Positions 28,759 to 39,357 of a DNA stretch of 64,000 nucleotides are shown in pieces. A program made the position numbers and the translations under genes. Source of the stretch: Clostridia bacterium (GTDB lineage Bacteria; Bacillota; Clostridia; Oscillospirales; CAG-272); the NCBI GenBank assembly GCA_017621655.1, contig JAGASS010000051.1, forward strand, positions 77,418 through 141,417, in the 5' to 3' direction. Below the pieces are notes generated by a model. That model made no database searches. It was not told the DNA's origin and worked only from the letters and a program-made list of their open reading frames with translations. Every line of letters starts with the position of its first letter. Within the stretch, counting starts at the first letter, position 1.

Positions 28759-29336
28759 TAAAGAATATAATTCTTGCGTCAAAATCGCCGCGACGACACG
28801 AGCTTTTATCTATGCTCGGATTTGAAATAAAAACCGTCGTGTCCGACGTGGACGAAGAAGCGATAAAAGCAGACACCCCTGCTCTCCTTGCAGCAAAGCT
28901 CGCACACACAAAGGCACTTGCAGTTGCAAACGAGATCGGAAAGACCGATCTTCCGATAATTGCCGCCGATACTCTCGTTGAAATAAACGGCGAGATCCTC
29001 GGAAAGCCGAAGGATGAAGCCGATGCGAGAAGAATGCTTAATATGCTATCGGGCAGTGTTCATTACGTTCACACCGGCATTTCGGTTATATACGGTAGCA
29101 ACGAGATCAATCTGACGGATACGGCAAAGGTGTTTTTCAGAGAAATTGACGAAGACGAGCTTGATGACTATATCGCATCCAAAGAGCCGTTTGACAAGGC
29201 GGGTGCATACGGCATTCAAGGAAAAGCAGGCGCGTTCGTTGAAAGAATAGAGGGAGACTTCTTCTCGATAATGGGTCTGCCTATCTGCGCCGTTACCAAA
29301 GCACTGAAACAATTAACAAAGGACGATAATATATGA
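28755..29336 (+). CDS. maf: Maf-like nucleoside triphosphate pyrophosphatase
   Basis: [14 protein letters not shown] and AGAYGIQG motifs, 193 aa. Confidence 0.9.
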   Translation: MIKNIILASKSPRRHELLSMLGFEIKTVVSDVDEEAIKADTPALLAAKLAHTKALAVANEIGKTDLPIIAADTLVEINGEILGKPKDEADARRMLNMLSGSVHYVHTGISVIYGSNEINLTDTAKVFFREIDEDELDDYIASKEPFDKAGAYGIQGKAGAFVERIEGDFFSIMGLPICAVTKALKQLTKDDNI

Positions 29337-31144
29337 GCTCAAGACAGAGTAAAATCAGAAACTTCTCAATAATCGCCCATATTGACCACGGAAAAAGCAC
29401 TCTTGCTGACAGAATTCTCGAACATACGAGAACGGTCTCGACGCGAGAAATGGAATCACAGCTTCTCGACAATATGGATCTCGAAAGAGAGCGTGGAATT
29501 ACTATAAAGGCACGCGCGGTCAACCTTGCTTATACCGCAAAGGACGGCGAGACATACAATCTCAATCTGATCGACACTCCCGGTCACGTTGACTTTAACT
29601 ACGAGGTATCCCGTTCGCTTAACGCTTGCGAGGGTGCGCTTCTCGTCGTTGACGCGACTCAGGGAATCGAGGCGCAGACGCTTGCTAACGCTTATCTTGC
29701 TGTCGAAAGTAACCTTGAGATAATCCCCGTAATAAACAAGATCGACCTTCCGTCTGCCGATATCGAAGGCACAAGAAACGAGATCGAGGACGTTATTGGT
29801 ATTCCTGCCGAGGACTGCCCTGCGGTTTCGGCAAAAACTGGACTTAATATTGAGGACGTTCTTGAAGCAGTCGTTTCCGGAATTCCCGCCCCGAAGGGCG
29901 ACGAAAACGGCAAGCTGAAGGCACTCATCTTTGACTCTTACTATGATCCATATCTCGGAGTCGTCGTTCTCGTTCGAATCATCGACGGTAAGCTTACTGT
30001 CGGCGACAGAGTAACCATGATGAGCACCGGGTCTGTGTTTGAAACGATCGAGGTCGGAACGCTTGCACCGTTTGGACTCCGCCCCGGAAATACCCTTTCG
30101 GCGGGCGACGTCGGATATTTTACCGCAAGCATAAAGACGGTATCCGAGACACGCGTCGGTGATACCGTAACAAGCCCCGACGATCCTGCAGATACACCCT
30201 GCCCCGGCTTCCGTCAAGCACTGCCGATGGTATTCTCGGGTATTTACCCTGCTGACGGCGCAAAGTATAACGACCTGCGTGACGCACTCGAAAAGCTACA
30301 GCTCAATGACGCGGCGCTCGCTTTTGAACCCGAAACGTCGATCGCTCTCGGATTCGGATTCCGATGCGGATTTCTCGGTCTTCTCCACATGGAGATAATT
30401 CAGGAGCGTCTTGAACGTGAGTATAATCTTGATATTATAACTACCGCCCCGAGCGTTATCTACGAGATCAAAAAGCGTAACGGCGAGCTTATCAGAATTG
30501 ATAACCCGTCAAACTATCCGTCAGCAGATGAGATCGAAACTGCATACGAGCCGATGGTCAAGGCAAGCATAATAACGCCTGCCGAATACGTCGGTAACAT
30601 AATGGACCTCTGCCAGGACAGACGCGGTAATTTCATAGATATGAAATATCTTGACGCTAACCGCACCGAGCTTCACTACAATCTGCCTCTTAATGAGATA
30701 GTTTACGACTTCTTCGACGCTCTCAAGAGCCGTAGCCGCGGTTATGCTTCTCTCGATTACGAGCTTAACGGCTATGTACCGAGTAAGCTTGTCAAGCTCG
30801 ATATTCTCCTTAATGGCGATATCGTCGACGCACTGTCCTTCATTGTTCACGAGGAAAAGGCATACGCAAGAGCGCGTAGGATCGCCGAAAAGCTTAAGGA
30901 GAATATACCGCGTCAGCTGTTTGAGGTACCGATCCAGGCGGCTATCGGAGGAAAGATAATCGCTCGTGAGACCGTTAAGGCACTTCGTAAGGACGTACTT
31001 GCTAAGTGCTACGGCGGTGACATCACCCGTAAAAAGAAGCTTCTTGAAAAACAGAAGGAAGGTAAAAAGAAAATGCGTCAGCTCGGCTCTGTTGAGGTAT
31101 CGCCCGAAGCGTTCATGGCAGTGCTTAAGCTTGACGAGGAATAA
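29333..31144 (+). CDS. lepA: translation elongation factor 4
   Basis: [28 protein letters not shown] and NKID G-motifs, plus the LepA C-terminal region. ATGA overlap with maf. Confidence 0.95.
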   Translation: MSSRQSKIRNFSIIAHIDHGKSTLADRILEHTRTVSTREMESQLLDNMDLERERGITIKARAVNLAYTAKDGETYNLNLIDTPGHVDFNYEVSRSLNACEGALLVVDATQGIEAQTLANAYLAVESNLEIIPVINKIDLPSADIEGTRNEIEDVIGIPAEDCPAVSAKTGLNIEDVLEAVVSGIPAPKGDENGKLKALIFDSYYDPYLGVVVLVRIIDGKLTVGDRVTMMSTGSVFETIEVGTLAPFGLRPGNTLSAGDVGYFTASIKTVSETRVGDTVTSPDDPADTPCPGFRQALPMVFSGIYPADGAKYNDLRDALEKLQLNDAALAFEPETSIALGFGFRCGFLGLLHMEIIQERLEREYNLDIITTAPSVIYEIKKRNGELIRIDNPSNYPSADEIETAYEPMVKASIITPAEYVGNIMDLCQDRRGNFIDMKYLDANRTELHYNLPLNEIVYDFFDALKSRSRGYASLDYELNGYVPSKLVKLDILLNGDIVDALSFIVHEEKAYARARRIAEKLKENIPRQLFEVPIQAAIGGKIIARETVKALRKDVLAKCYGGDITRKKKLLEKQKEGKKKMRQLGSVEVSPEAFMAVLKLDEE

Positions 31145-31176
31145 AAAATCGCATAACAAAGAAAGGATAAACTACT

Positions 31177-31401
31177 ATGAGAATTAAAATTCGCCTAGAC
31201 ACAATGTCGGAGATCAACGCCTTCGTCAGCGCAATGACGAAGACCGGCGCAAACGTATTCCTTACCGATAAGGACAGAAACTTTATCGTAAGCGCAAAGA
31301 GTATGCTCGGAGCAGTTTACTCAATGGAATGGGACGAGGTTTGGTGCGAAAGCGACGAGGACATCTACCACGTCGTAAGCAAGTTCGCAGCAGACGAATA
31401 A
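31177..31401 (+). CDS. HPr-like domain miniprotein (no His15-equivalent seen)
   Basis: 74 aa. SAKSMLGAVYS resembles the NAKSIMGVMSL block of HPr. AAAGGA SD upstream. Confidence 0.4.
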   Translation: MRIKIRLDTMSEINAFVSAMTKTGANVFLTDKDRNFIVSAKSMLGAVYSMEWDEVWCESDEDIYHVVSKFAADE

Positions 31402-31407
31402 TCATTA

Positions 31408-31441
31408 AAGGTCAGCCAACTCTCGTTGGCTGACTTTTTTA
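31408..31441 (+). terminator. intrinsic terminator
   Basis: GTCAGCCAAC-TCTC-GTTGGCTGAC followed by TTTTTT. Confidence 0.85.
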
Positions 31442-31547
31442 ACGTTAAATTTGTAAACTTTTTGTTAAGTTTTTGCCGAGACCGAAAGTATTTTATCACT
31501 TAAACGTGAAATTCGTGAGATTTTTTTGCGTTTTTCCAATAAAATGT

Positions 31548-31576
31548 TTGCATTTATATTAATAGTGTGATATAAT
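31548..31576 (+). promoter_or_regulatory. sigma-A type promoter of rlmN operon
   Basis: TTGCAT, a 17-nt spacer, TGATATAAT (extended -10). Confidence 0.65.
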
Positions 31577-31617
31577 ATAGTGAATTATTATTTCTAAGGT
31601 AAGTTTTCGGTGGTATT

Positions 31618-32658
31618 ATGGCAACTGATATCCTGACAATGGCATACGACGATATCCTCGCTATCGTAACAAGCTTGGGATTTCCGTCCTTTCGCGCAAA
31701 GCAGCTTTATCATTGGCTTAACAAAGGCGCGTCGTTTGACGAAATGAACAATCTGCCAAAGACATTTAAGGAAGCACTTGCCGAAAACGGGTATTTCGTT
31801 GACCTGCCGAAGATCGAAAAGAAGCTTGTTTCTCAGATCGATGGCACTGTAAAGCTTCTCTATTCCCTTTCGGACGGTCAATATATCGAAAGCGTCGTGA
31901 TGAAATACGAGCACGGAAATACCATCTGCGTCTCCTGTCAGGCAGGATGCCGTATGGGCTGTAAGTTCTGCGCGTCAACGCTGAGAGGTCTTTCGCGAAA
32001 TCTCACACCGTCCGAGATCATCGGGCAAATTTTCATGGCTCAGAGGTCTATCGGCGAGCGGATATCGAATATCGTTATGATGGGCATAGGCGAGCCGCTT
32101 GACAACTACGATAACGTCATAAAGTTTCTTCACGCGGTAAACCGCGAGGAGGGACTTAACATCGGATACAGACACATTTCCCTTTCGACCTGCGGTGTTG
32201 TCGACGGTATCAAAAAGCTCGAAAAGGAAATGCTTCCGATAACGCTCTCGATCTCGCTTCACAACATCGACACCGAGGGGCGAAAGTCAATAATGCCGAT
32301 AACTAACAAATGGAGCGTTGAAGAGCTGCTATCCGCTTGTGCCGAGTATTTTAAGGCAACGGGCAGAAGAATCTCGTTTGAATATACGCTCATCGCCGAC
32401 GAGAACGACAGTATTCCTCAGGCAGAGGAGCTGGCGAGGGGACTTAAAAGGTTTCTGCCGGGAATGCCGATACACGTTAATCTCATACCGCTTAACGACG
32501 TAAGTGAACGCAGCTATAAGAAGAGCACGGCAAAGAACATCGAGGCATTCAAAAACCGACTGAACGGTCTCGGAATAAACGCAACCGTCCGCCGCCGTCT
32601 CGGACCGGACATAAACGCATCGTGCGGACAGCTTCGGCTGAATGCACAGGAACAATAA
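31618..32658 (+). CDS. rlmN: 23S rRNA/tRNA (adenine-C2)-methyltransferase, radical SAM
   Basis: CQAGCRMGCKFCAS radical-SAM cluster motif and C-terminal GPDINASCGQL. Confidence 0.92.
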   Translation: MATDILTMAYDDILAIVTSLGFPSFRAKQLYHWLNKGASFDEMNNLPKTFKEALAENGYFVDLPKIEKKLVSQIDGTVKLLYSLSDGQYIESVVMKYEHGNTICVSCQAGCRMGCKFCASTLRGLSRNLTPSEIIGQIFMAQRSIGERISNIVMMGIGEPLDNYDNVIKFLHAVNREEGLNIGYRHISLSTCGVVDGIKKLEKEMLPITLSISLHNIDTEGRKSIMPITNKWSVEELLSACAEYFKATGRRISFEYTLIADENDSIPQAEELARGLKRFLPGMPIHVNLIPLNDVSERSYKKSTAKNIEAFKNRLNGLGINATVRRRLGPDINASCGQLRLNAQEQ

Positions 32659-32713
32659 CCCAAACGAAGGAATTTCGTTTTAATTCAGGAACATACTATT
32701 AACGAGGTACAAA

Positions 32714-33448
32714 ATGTTTATCTGCGGAAAGAGCGACGTCGGAAAGCGTCGCGTAAACAATCAGGACTGCTATAGCGTCACACCCCTGCCGGGCGGCGCG
32801 TTTCTCTGTACCGTCTGTGACGGAATGGGTGGAGCAAACGGCGGTAACATAGCAAGCGAGATCGCTTGCCGCGTTTATACCGACTTCGTAAAGGAGAGCT
32901 TCTCGCTTGAAAGCGAAAATGATGCCGAGCTTATGAAGGCGGCGGTCACGCGTGCAAACACGGCAGTTTATGAAGCCGCGCAGGCAGATCAGGCGCTTAA
33001 AGGAATGGGAACGACTCTCGTTTCCGCGCTCGTAAGAGAAAACGGAAAAGCGACTGTAATAAACGTCGGCGACAGCCGTCTCTATTCGCTCAGCGCAGGA
33101 CAGATGCGCCAGATTACCCGCGATCACTCATACGTACAGTACCTCGTCGATATGGGTCAGATAACCGTAAACGATGCAAAGAGCGCCTCGATCCGAAACA
33201 TAATCATCCGTTCGATCGGAAACGAAGCAAAGACGAATCCCGACGTTTTCCACCTCGATCATGAAACCGACGGATACCTGCTTCTTTGTACCGACGGTCT
33301 TACCAATTGCGTTCCCAACGACGTTATCGCAGAGAACGTAAAGGCACAAAGTGCCGAAGAGCTTGAAAAATGCGCTGAGAAGCTCATACACCTCGCCAAT
33401 GAGGGCGGTGGAAACGATAACATAACCGTTCTGCTTGTAAAGCTTTAA
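32714..33448 (+). CDS. stp: PP2C-family Ser/Thr protein phosphatase
   Basis: SDVGKRRVNNQD, VCDGMGG, DGLTN and GGNDNITV motifs. Confidence 0.9.
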   Translation: MFICGKSDVGKRRVNNQDCYSVTPLPGGAFLCTVCDGMGGANGGNIASEIACRVYTDFVKESFSLESENDAELMKAAVTRANTAVYEAAQADQALKGMGTTLVSALVRENGKATVINVGDSRLYSLSAGQMRQITRDHSYVQYLVDMGQITVNDAKSASIRNIIIRSIGNEAKTNPDVFHLDHETDGYLLLCTDGLTNCVPNDVIAENVKAQSAEELEKCAEKLIHLANEGGGNDNITVLLVKL

Positions 33449-33477
33449 TCTGATAATTAAGACAAAGGAATTTCTTA

Positions 33478-35217
33478 ATGGATACAGCAAACAGATACGT
33501 CGGCAAGATACTTGACCGAAGATATGAAATAAAAAGAATAATCGGCATCGGCGGTATGGCAGTCGTTTTCGAAGCTAACGACATAGTAATGAACCGTACA
33601 GTTGCCGTAAAAATGCTTAAAGAGGACCTTTCCGATGATGCTGAGGCGGTAAAGAGATTCATCAACGAATCGAAGGCCGTTTCGATGCTTTCTCATCCGA
33701 ACATCGTAAAGATATTCGACGTCTCGGTAAAAGCACGTCTTAAGTATATCGTAATGGAGCGCGTAGAAGGTATCACGCTCAAGAGCTATATGCAGAAAAA
33801 GGGTGCGCTTTCGCGTGAGGAGGTAATAAGCTATTCCGAGCAGGTGCTTCGCGCTCTTGAGCATGCTCATTCCAAGGGCATCGTTCACCGCGATATAAAG
33901 CCGCAGAATATAATGCTCCTCAAAAACGGACGCGTTAAGGTAACGGACTTCGGTATAGCTGTCCTTCCGTCGAGTGACAAGAATCCCGACGGGAAGGCAA
34001 TCGGTACGGTATATTATATCAGCCCCGAGCAGGCAAGCGGTAAGGAGACTGATACACGAAGCGACCTCTACTCTCTCGGAATCCTTATGTACGAGATGGC
34101 AACGGGAACGCTTCCCTTCAACGCTGAAACCCCCGTTTCAGTCGCACTTATGCAGGTGCGTGAGCAGCCGAAGCCGCCCTCCGAGATACGCGCTGACATT
34201 CCGAGAGGACTTGAGCAAATAATTCTTGGCGCAATGGAAAAGAGTCCCGAAAGACGCTTCCAGTCAGCAACGCAAATGCTCAAATACGTTGAAAAAGTAC
34301 ACCTTAATCCCGAATATGTTTTCAAGACCAGAGGAGCAGCTCAGGAATCGACTGCCCTTCATGCGGCAAACGATATGAAAAAGCAGATAAACAAAAAGAA
34401 ATCAGTTAAGCGCCGCAAGGAAAGCTCTTCAATGTTCCCGATAATATTGGGAGTTGCCGTCGCTTTTGCCATCGTTCTTATTACGTGTGCAGTAACGCTA
34501 CTTGACCGGCTGCTTCAAACCCAGTCAGCGCAGGCATCCGAGCAGGTCAAGGTTCCGAACGTCATCGGCGAGATCTATTCACAGCAAACGATCGGCGATC
34601 TGCTTGATTCCTCGATATACAAGGTCGAGCTGAAGTATAAATCCGATGACGCTCCCGCAGGAACTATCATAAACCAGGAGCCCGCCCCCAACTCGTCGCG
34701 TAAGGTCATCAAGCACGTGCAGTACTGCACAGTGAAGATAACGGTCAGTCTCGGTGCGAATCTCGTATCGGTTCCCGATCTTGTGAATTATCATTACAAG
34801 TCTGCTGAGCTTATCGCGAAGGATCAAACGAAATTCGATTTCAAGGTCAAGTTTGTAGAAGTGACCAATGAAGCGTTCAAATACGGTCTTGTAGTCAAAA
34901 CGGAGCCCGCCGCAGGTGAAGCGGTTGAGTATGGCTCAACGATAACCATCTACTACAGCGTCGGCCCCGAATACGAATACGTTACGGTCGACGATTATAC
35001 GGGAAAAACTCCCGCGCAGGCAAGTACCTTGATTGCAGGCGACCTAAGGATCGATCAAAATACGGCAAAAGAATACAGTGAAACCGTGCCTGAGGGCAGG
35101 ATAATTTCGCAGAGCTTACTGCCCGGAAGTTATCTTAAAGGTTCGCTGATCAAATTCACTATCAGTCTCGGACCATCACCGCAAACAGACCCTCCGTCTG
35201 ATACGCAAACACCCTAA
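33478..35217 (+). CDS. prkC: Ser/Thr protein kinase with extracellular PASTA repeats
   Basis: HRDIKPQN, DFG and SPEQ kinase motifs, one TM (IILGVAVAFAIVLI), then three PASTA-like repeats (VPNVIG..., VPDLVN..., VDDYTG...). Confidence 0.92.
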   Translation: MDTANRYVGKILDRRYEIKRIIGIGGMAVVFEANDIVMNRTVAVKMLKEDLSDDAEAVKRFINESKAVSMLSHPNIVKIFDVSVKARLKYIVMERVEGITLKSYMQKKGALSREEVISYSEQVLRALEHAHSKGIVHRDIKPQNIMLLKNGRVKVTDFGIAVLPSSDKNPDGKAIGTVYYISPEQASGKETDTRSDLYSLGILMYEMATGTLPFNAETPVSVALMQVREQPKPPSEIRADIPRGLEQIILGAMEKSPERRFQSATQMLKYVEKVHLNPEYVFKTRGAAQESTALHAANDMKKQINKKKSVKRRKESSSMFPIILGVAVAFAIVLITCAVTLLDRLLQTQSAQASEQVKVPNVIGEIYSQQTIGDLLDSSIYKVELKYKSDDAPAGTIINQEPAPNSSRKVIKHVQYCTVKITVSLGANLVSVPDLVNYHYKSAELIAKDQTKFDFKVKFVEVTNEAFKYGLVVKTEPAAGEAVEYGSTITIYYSVGPEYEYVTVDDYTGKTPAQASTLIAGDLRIDQNTAKEYSETVPEGRIISQSLLPGSYLKGSLIKFTISLGPSPQTDPPSDTQTP

Positions 35218-35248
35218 ATAACCCCTTAATTTAACGGAGAAAAATGCT

Positions 35249-37342
35249 ATGAACAATATTACAGACTGCTTCGGTACGATGGTATTTGACGACACCGCGA
35301 TGCGTAAGAAGCTCCCCAAGGAGACTTACGACGCGATGCGTCGCACAATCAAGGATGGAAAACGCCTCGATATTGAGCTTGCAAACGTAGTCGCCGCGGC
35401 GATGAAGGATTGGGCGATCGAAAAGGGTGCAACCCACTATACGCATTGGTTCCAGCCGATGACAGGTATTACTGCCGAAAAGCATGATAGCTTTATCAGC
35501 CCTACAAAAGACGGTAAGGTCATTATGGAATTCTCGGGCAAAGAGCTTGTAAAGGGTGAAACCGACGCTTCTTCCTTCCCCTCGGGCGGACTTCGTGCTA
35601 CCTTTGAAGCACGCGGCTATACCGCTTGGGACCCCTCGTCATATGCTTTCATCAAGGACAGAACGCTTTGTATTCCGACAGCTTTCTGCTCATACGGCGG
35701 CGAGGCACTAGATAAGAAAACTCCCCTTCTCCGCTCGATGGAGAAGATCAATAAGCAGGCGCTTCGCGTTCTGAAGCTTTTCGGTAACGAAAACGTAACG
35801 TCAGTAAAGACAACGGTCGGAGTTGAGCAGGAATACTTCCTTATCACGAAGGAAGTTTACGAAAAGCGCAAGGACCTTTTCTATACGGGCAGAACGCTCT
35901 TTGGTGCTAAAGCGCCGAAGGGTCAGGAGCTTGACGATCACTATTTCGGCTCAATAAAGGACAAGGTCTCAGAGTTCATGCACGACGTTGACGTCGAGCT
36001 TTGGAAGCTCGGTGTGCTTGCAAAGACCGAGCATAACGAGGCAGCTCCCGCGCAGCACGAGCTTGCACCGATATTCACAACTGCAAATATTGCTGCAGAC
36101 CACAATCAGCTCACGATGGAAATGCTGCAGACCGTTGCAAAGAGACACGGACTTGTATGTCTGCTTCACGAGAAGCCCTTTGCAGGCGTAAACGGAAGCG
36201 GTAAGCATAATAACTGGTCGATCTCTACCGACACGGGAATCAATCTTCTCGAGCCGGGAGAAACGCCATATGAAAACGCACAGTTCCTTTTGTTTTTGAG
36301 CGCAATTATCAAGGCAGTCGACGATTATCAGGAGCTTCTCCGTATCTCCGTTGCAACAGCCGGTAATGACCACCGTCTCGGTGCAGGCGAAGCACCTCCC
36401 GCAATCGTTTCCTTCTTCCTCGGCGACGAGCTTACCGAGATACTTAACGCAATCGAGAGCGAGACCTCTTACGGCGGCAAGGAAAAGGAGCTTCTCCGTG
36501 TAGGCGTACATATTCTCCCCAAATTTACAAAGGATACGACGGACAGAAACCGTACTTCTCCCTTTGCCTTTACGGGAAATAAGTTTGAATTCCGTATGCT
36601 CGGCTCTGCCGCGTCGGTTTCCGACGTAAACACGGTGATCAATACCGCAGTTGCAGAGACGCTCAAGGGCTTTGCTGACCGACTTGAAAGCGCCGAATGC
36701 TTCGAGGAAGCACTTCACGATCTTATCCGTGACACAGTTCGCGCTCATAAGAGGATACTCTTTAACGGAAACGGCTACGACGAATCATGGGTCAAAGAAG
36801 CAGAAAAGAGAGGTCTTTCCAATCTCCGCAACACCCCCGAGGCGCTCTCACATTTTCTTGACGAAAAGAACGTAACGCTATTCTCGGAAAATAAAATTTT
36901 CTCGGAAACCGAGCTTCGTTCGCGCAAGGAAATAATGCTTGAAAATTACTGCAAGCTTATCAACATTGAAGCGCTGACGATGATCGAAATGGCAAGAAAG
37001 GAAATAATCCCCGCTGTCATTTCCTACGTCAAGGACGTTTCAAAGACGATAATTAACGTTAAAACAGCTGTACCGAGCGCAGTAACTGACACAGAAGAGG
37101 AGATAGTATCTTCCCTTTCTTCGCTCGTTTCGAAGGCAAATACAGCCGTGAAAGAGCTTGACGCGCTTACCGTCAAGGCAAACGCTATATCCGATCACGC
37201 AGAATGCGCAGATTTCTATCTTAATTCCGTGATCCCGAAAATGACAGAGCTTCGCCGCATTTGTGATGAAGCAGAGACCATGACTGCAGAAAGCTATTGG
37301 CCCTTCCCGACATACGGAGATATTCTTTTCAGCGTGCGCTGA
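35249..37342 (+). CDS. glnN: glutamine synthetase type III
   Basis: The 697-aa length and blocks such as THYTHWFQP, EHNEAAPAQHELAP and NGSGKHNNWS are characteristic of GSIII. Confidence 0.88.
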   Translation: MNNITDCFGTMVFDDTAMRKKLPKETYDAMRRTIKDGKRLDIELANVVAAAMKDWAIEKGATHYTHWFQPMTGITAEKHDSFISPTKDGKVIMEFSGKELVKGETDASSFPSGGLRATFEARGYTAWDPSSYAFIKDRTLCIPTAFCSYGGEALDKKTPLLRSMEKINKQALRVLKLFGNENVTSVKTTVGVEQEYFLITKEVYEKRKDLFYTGRTLFGAKAPKGQELDDHYFGSIKDKVSEFMHDVDVELWKLGVLAKTEHNEAAPAQHELAPIFTTANIAADHNQLTMEMLQTVAKRHGLVCLLHEKPFAGVNGSGKHNNWSISTDTGINLLEPGETPYENAQFLLFLSAIIKAVDDYQELLRISVATAGNDHRLGAGEAPPAIVSFFLGDELTEILNAIESETSYGGKEKELLRVGVHILPKFTKDTTDRNRTSPFAFTGNKFEFRMLGSAASVSDVNTVINTAVAETLKGFADRLESAECFEEALHDLIRDTVRAHKRILFNGNGYDESWVKEAEKRGLSNLRNTPEALSHFLDEKNVTLFSENKIFSETELRSRKEIMLENYCKLINIEALTMIEMARKEIIPAVISYVKDVSKTIINVKTAVPSAVTDTEEEIVSSLSSLVSKANTAVKELDALTVKANAISDHAECADFYLNSVIPKMTELRRICDEAETMTAESYWPFPTYGDILFSVR

Positions 37343-37354
37343 TAAGGAGAAACA

Positions 37355-39124
37355 ATGAAAAACACGATCAAGATCGCGCTTGCGGCAAATGAAATTTCGG
37401 TTGCCGATATAAGCGCAAACCTCAAAGCGATAACCGATATTATCAAGGAAAGTGCCGAAAACGGCGCAAATGCGGTAGTATTCCCCGAGCTTTCGGTTAC
37501 AGGTTATTTCTGCGGCGACCTCTTCTTAAACAGTAAGCTGACAGACGTTTGGGCAGACGCTCTTAACGAGATAGCAGAGGTGACGTTCGACTCATCGGTA
37601 ACCGCATTTATCGGTCTGCCGATAAATATTGACGGCTCGCTTTACGACTGTGTCGCAGTAGTAAATAAAGGCGAACTTCTCGGCTTTGCGCCGAAAAGAA
37701 ATCTGTCTTACGCTGAAAAGCGGATATTCGTATCCGATAACGATCCGGCTATTGTCTTTGAAACAGACGACGCGGTTTACGGCGTAGCTATAGGCGACGA
37801 TATTCTGGATACTTACTATTGCCGTAAGTTGAAAGAGGCCGGCGCGACGGTTATAGTTAACCCCTACGCGTCAGCGATGACTGCAACCTTTGAAAGCGAA
37901 AAAAAGGCGCAGGTCAGATATCTTTCCGAAACACTTGGTCTTACCGTACTTTCCGTTGGCGCTTCACCTACGGAATCAACGACGGATACCGTATTTGCAG
38001 ACTATATGCTCGCTATTAAAAACGGCGAGATCATCGCAGAGCAGAAGGCGCTAACAAACGGCGGTATCTGCTATGCCGAGTTTGAGCCGACTGTAACAAA
38101 GGGCAAAAATATCGAGAAACCGTCATTGTTAGAGAATGTCGATAAAAACCCATTCATACCCGAAGGAATTACCGACGATTATTTTGAAAGCTGTCTAAAA
38201 ATTCAGTCATACGGACTCATGAAACGTATGACAGCGGCACACGCAAAAACTGCTGTGCTCGGAATTTCGGGCGGTCTTGACAGTACTCTCGCGCTTCTTG
38301 CGACTGTACGAACCTTCGATATGATGTGCAAGGACCGAAAGGACATTATCTGTGTCACTATGCCCTGTTTCGGCACTACGAAGCGCACAAAGAGCAACGC
38401 GATAAAAATATGCGAGGAGCTTGGCGTTGACATACGCGAGATAAACATCGGCAAAGCAGTTCTTCAGCATTTTGAGGACATCGGACACGATCCGTCCGTC
38501 ACCGACGTGACATATGAAAACTCGCAGGCAAGAGAACGCACTCAGATCCTGATGGATCTTTCAAACAGATATAACGGACTTGTCATAGGTACAGGTGATA
38601 TGTCGGAGCTTGCGCTCGGTTGGGCGACCTACAACGGCGACCATATGTCGATGTACGGTCTCAATGCGTCGATAACGAAAACGCTCGTCCGTGCGCTCGT
38701 TGATTACGAGGCAAGACGCCTTGGCGGAGCTATTGCAGACATACTCATAGACGTAATCGGAACGCCCGTCTCCCCCGAGCTTCTTCCCGCAGACAATGAC
38801 GGTAAGATCGCGCAGAAGACCGAGGATCTCGTCGGTCCGTACGAGCTTCACGATTTCTTCCTTTATCATTTTATAAAGGAACACCGTTCTCCGAAAGAGA
38901 TTTACTTCCTCGCTTGCTCGGTATTTGAAAACGAATACAAATCCGAAACGATACTTAAATGGCTTAAAACATTTATACGCCGTTTCTTCATCTCACAGTT
39001 CAAGCGTTCCTGCGTTCCCGACGGACCGCGTGTAACGGACGTTTCCCTTTCGCCTCGCGGCTCATTCTCGATGCCGTCCGACGCATCGTTTGCCTTCTTT
39101 ATGAAGGAGCTTGACGAGATATAG
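37355..39124 (+). CDS. nadE: NAD+ synthase, two-domain form (CN-hydrolase-like N-domain + NAD synthetase)
   Basis: The N-domain has FPELSVTGY and APK, but AIGDD where EICED is expected. The C-domain has the LGISGGLDS PP-loop and TGDMSELALGWATYNGD. Confidence 0.88.
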   Translation: MKNTIKIALAANEISVADISANLKAITDIIKESAENGANAVVFPELSVTGYFCGDLFLNSKLTDVWADALNEIAEVTFDSSVTAFIGLPINIDGSLYDCVAVVNKGELLGFAPKRNLSYAEKRIFVSDNDPAIVFETDDAVYGVAIGDDILDTYYCRKLKEAGATVIVNPYASAMTATFESEKKAQVRYLSETLGLTVLSVGASPTESTTDTVFADYMLAIKNGEIIAEQKALTNGGICYAEFEPTVTKGKNIEKPSLLENVDKNPFIPEGITDDYFESCLKIQSYGLMKRMTAAHAKTAVLGISGGLDSTLALLATVRTFDMMCKDRKDIICVTMPCFGTTKRTKSNAIKICEELGVDIREINIGKAVLQHFEDIGHDPSVTDVTYENSQARERTQILMDLSNRYNGLVIGTGDMSELALGWATYNGDHMSMYGLNASITKTLVRALVDYEARRLGGAIADILIDVIGTPVSPELLPADNDGKIAQKTEDLVGPYELHDFFLYHFIKEHRSPKEIYFLACSVFENEYKSETILKWLKTFIRRFFISQFKRSCVPDGPRVTDVSLSPRGSFSMPSDASFAFFMKELDEI

Positions 39125-39187
39125 AGCATAATAAGCGCCTGACGTCGTGTCTGGAAAATCGGCGGAAAATCTAATTTCATAACGTAG

Positions 39188-39219
39188 GGCGGGGGCTTGC
39201 TCCCGCCGCTTCGTTTTTT
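39188..39219 (+). terminator. intrinsic terminator (first of tandem pair)
   Basis: GGCGGGGG-CTTG-CTCCCGCC followed by GCTTCGTTTTTT. Confidence 0.75.
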
Positions 39220-39232
39220 AGCATCTTTGTTA

Positions 39233-39258
39233 GGGCGACTGTCTGTCGCCCGTTTTTT
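39233..39258 (+). terminator. intrinsic terminator (second of tandem pair)
   Basis: GGGCGAC-TGTCT-GTCGCCC followed by GTTTTTT. Confidence 0.75.
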
Positions 39259-39357
39259 GATTTAATAAAGGAGTTTTTCGGTGGGAGCAAGCATCGGAAA
39301 ACGCAAAAATCCAACTTCCGGTTGATTTTTGCTCATGAAAAATACCCGTTTGATATA

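Noticed and set aside
39281-39325. 14-codon ORF upstream of the XRE-TPR gene as a secreted RNPP/Rgg-type signalling pro-peptide.
   Set aside because: The peptide (MGASIGKRKNPTSG) is basic and hydrophilic, with no signal or hydrophobic segment. The GTG lies inside an inverted-repeat arm. It is mentioned only as a curiosity within the XRE finding.
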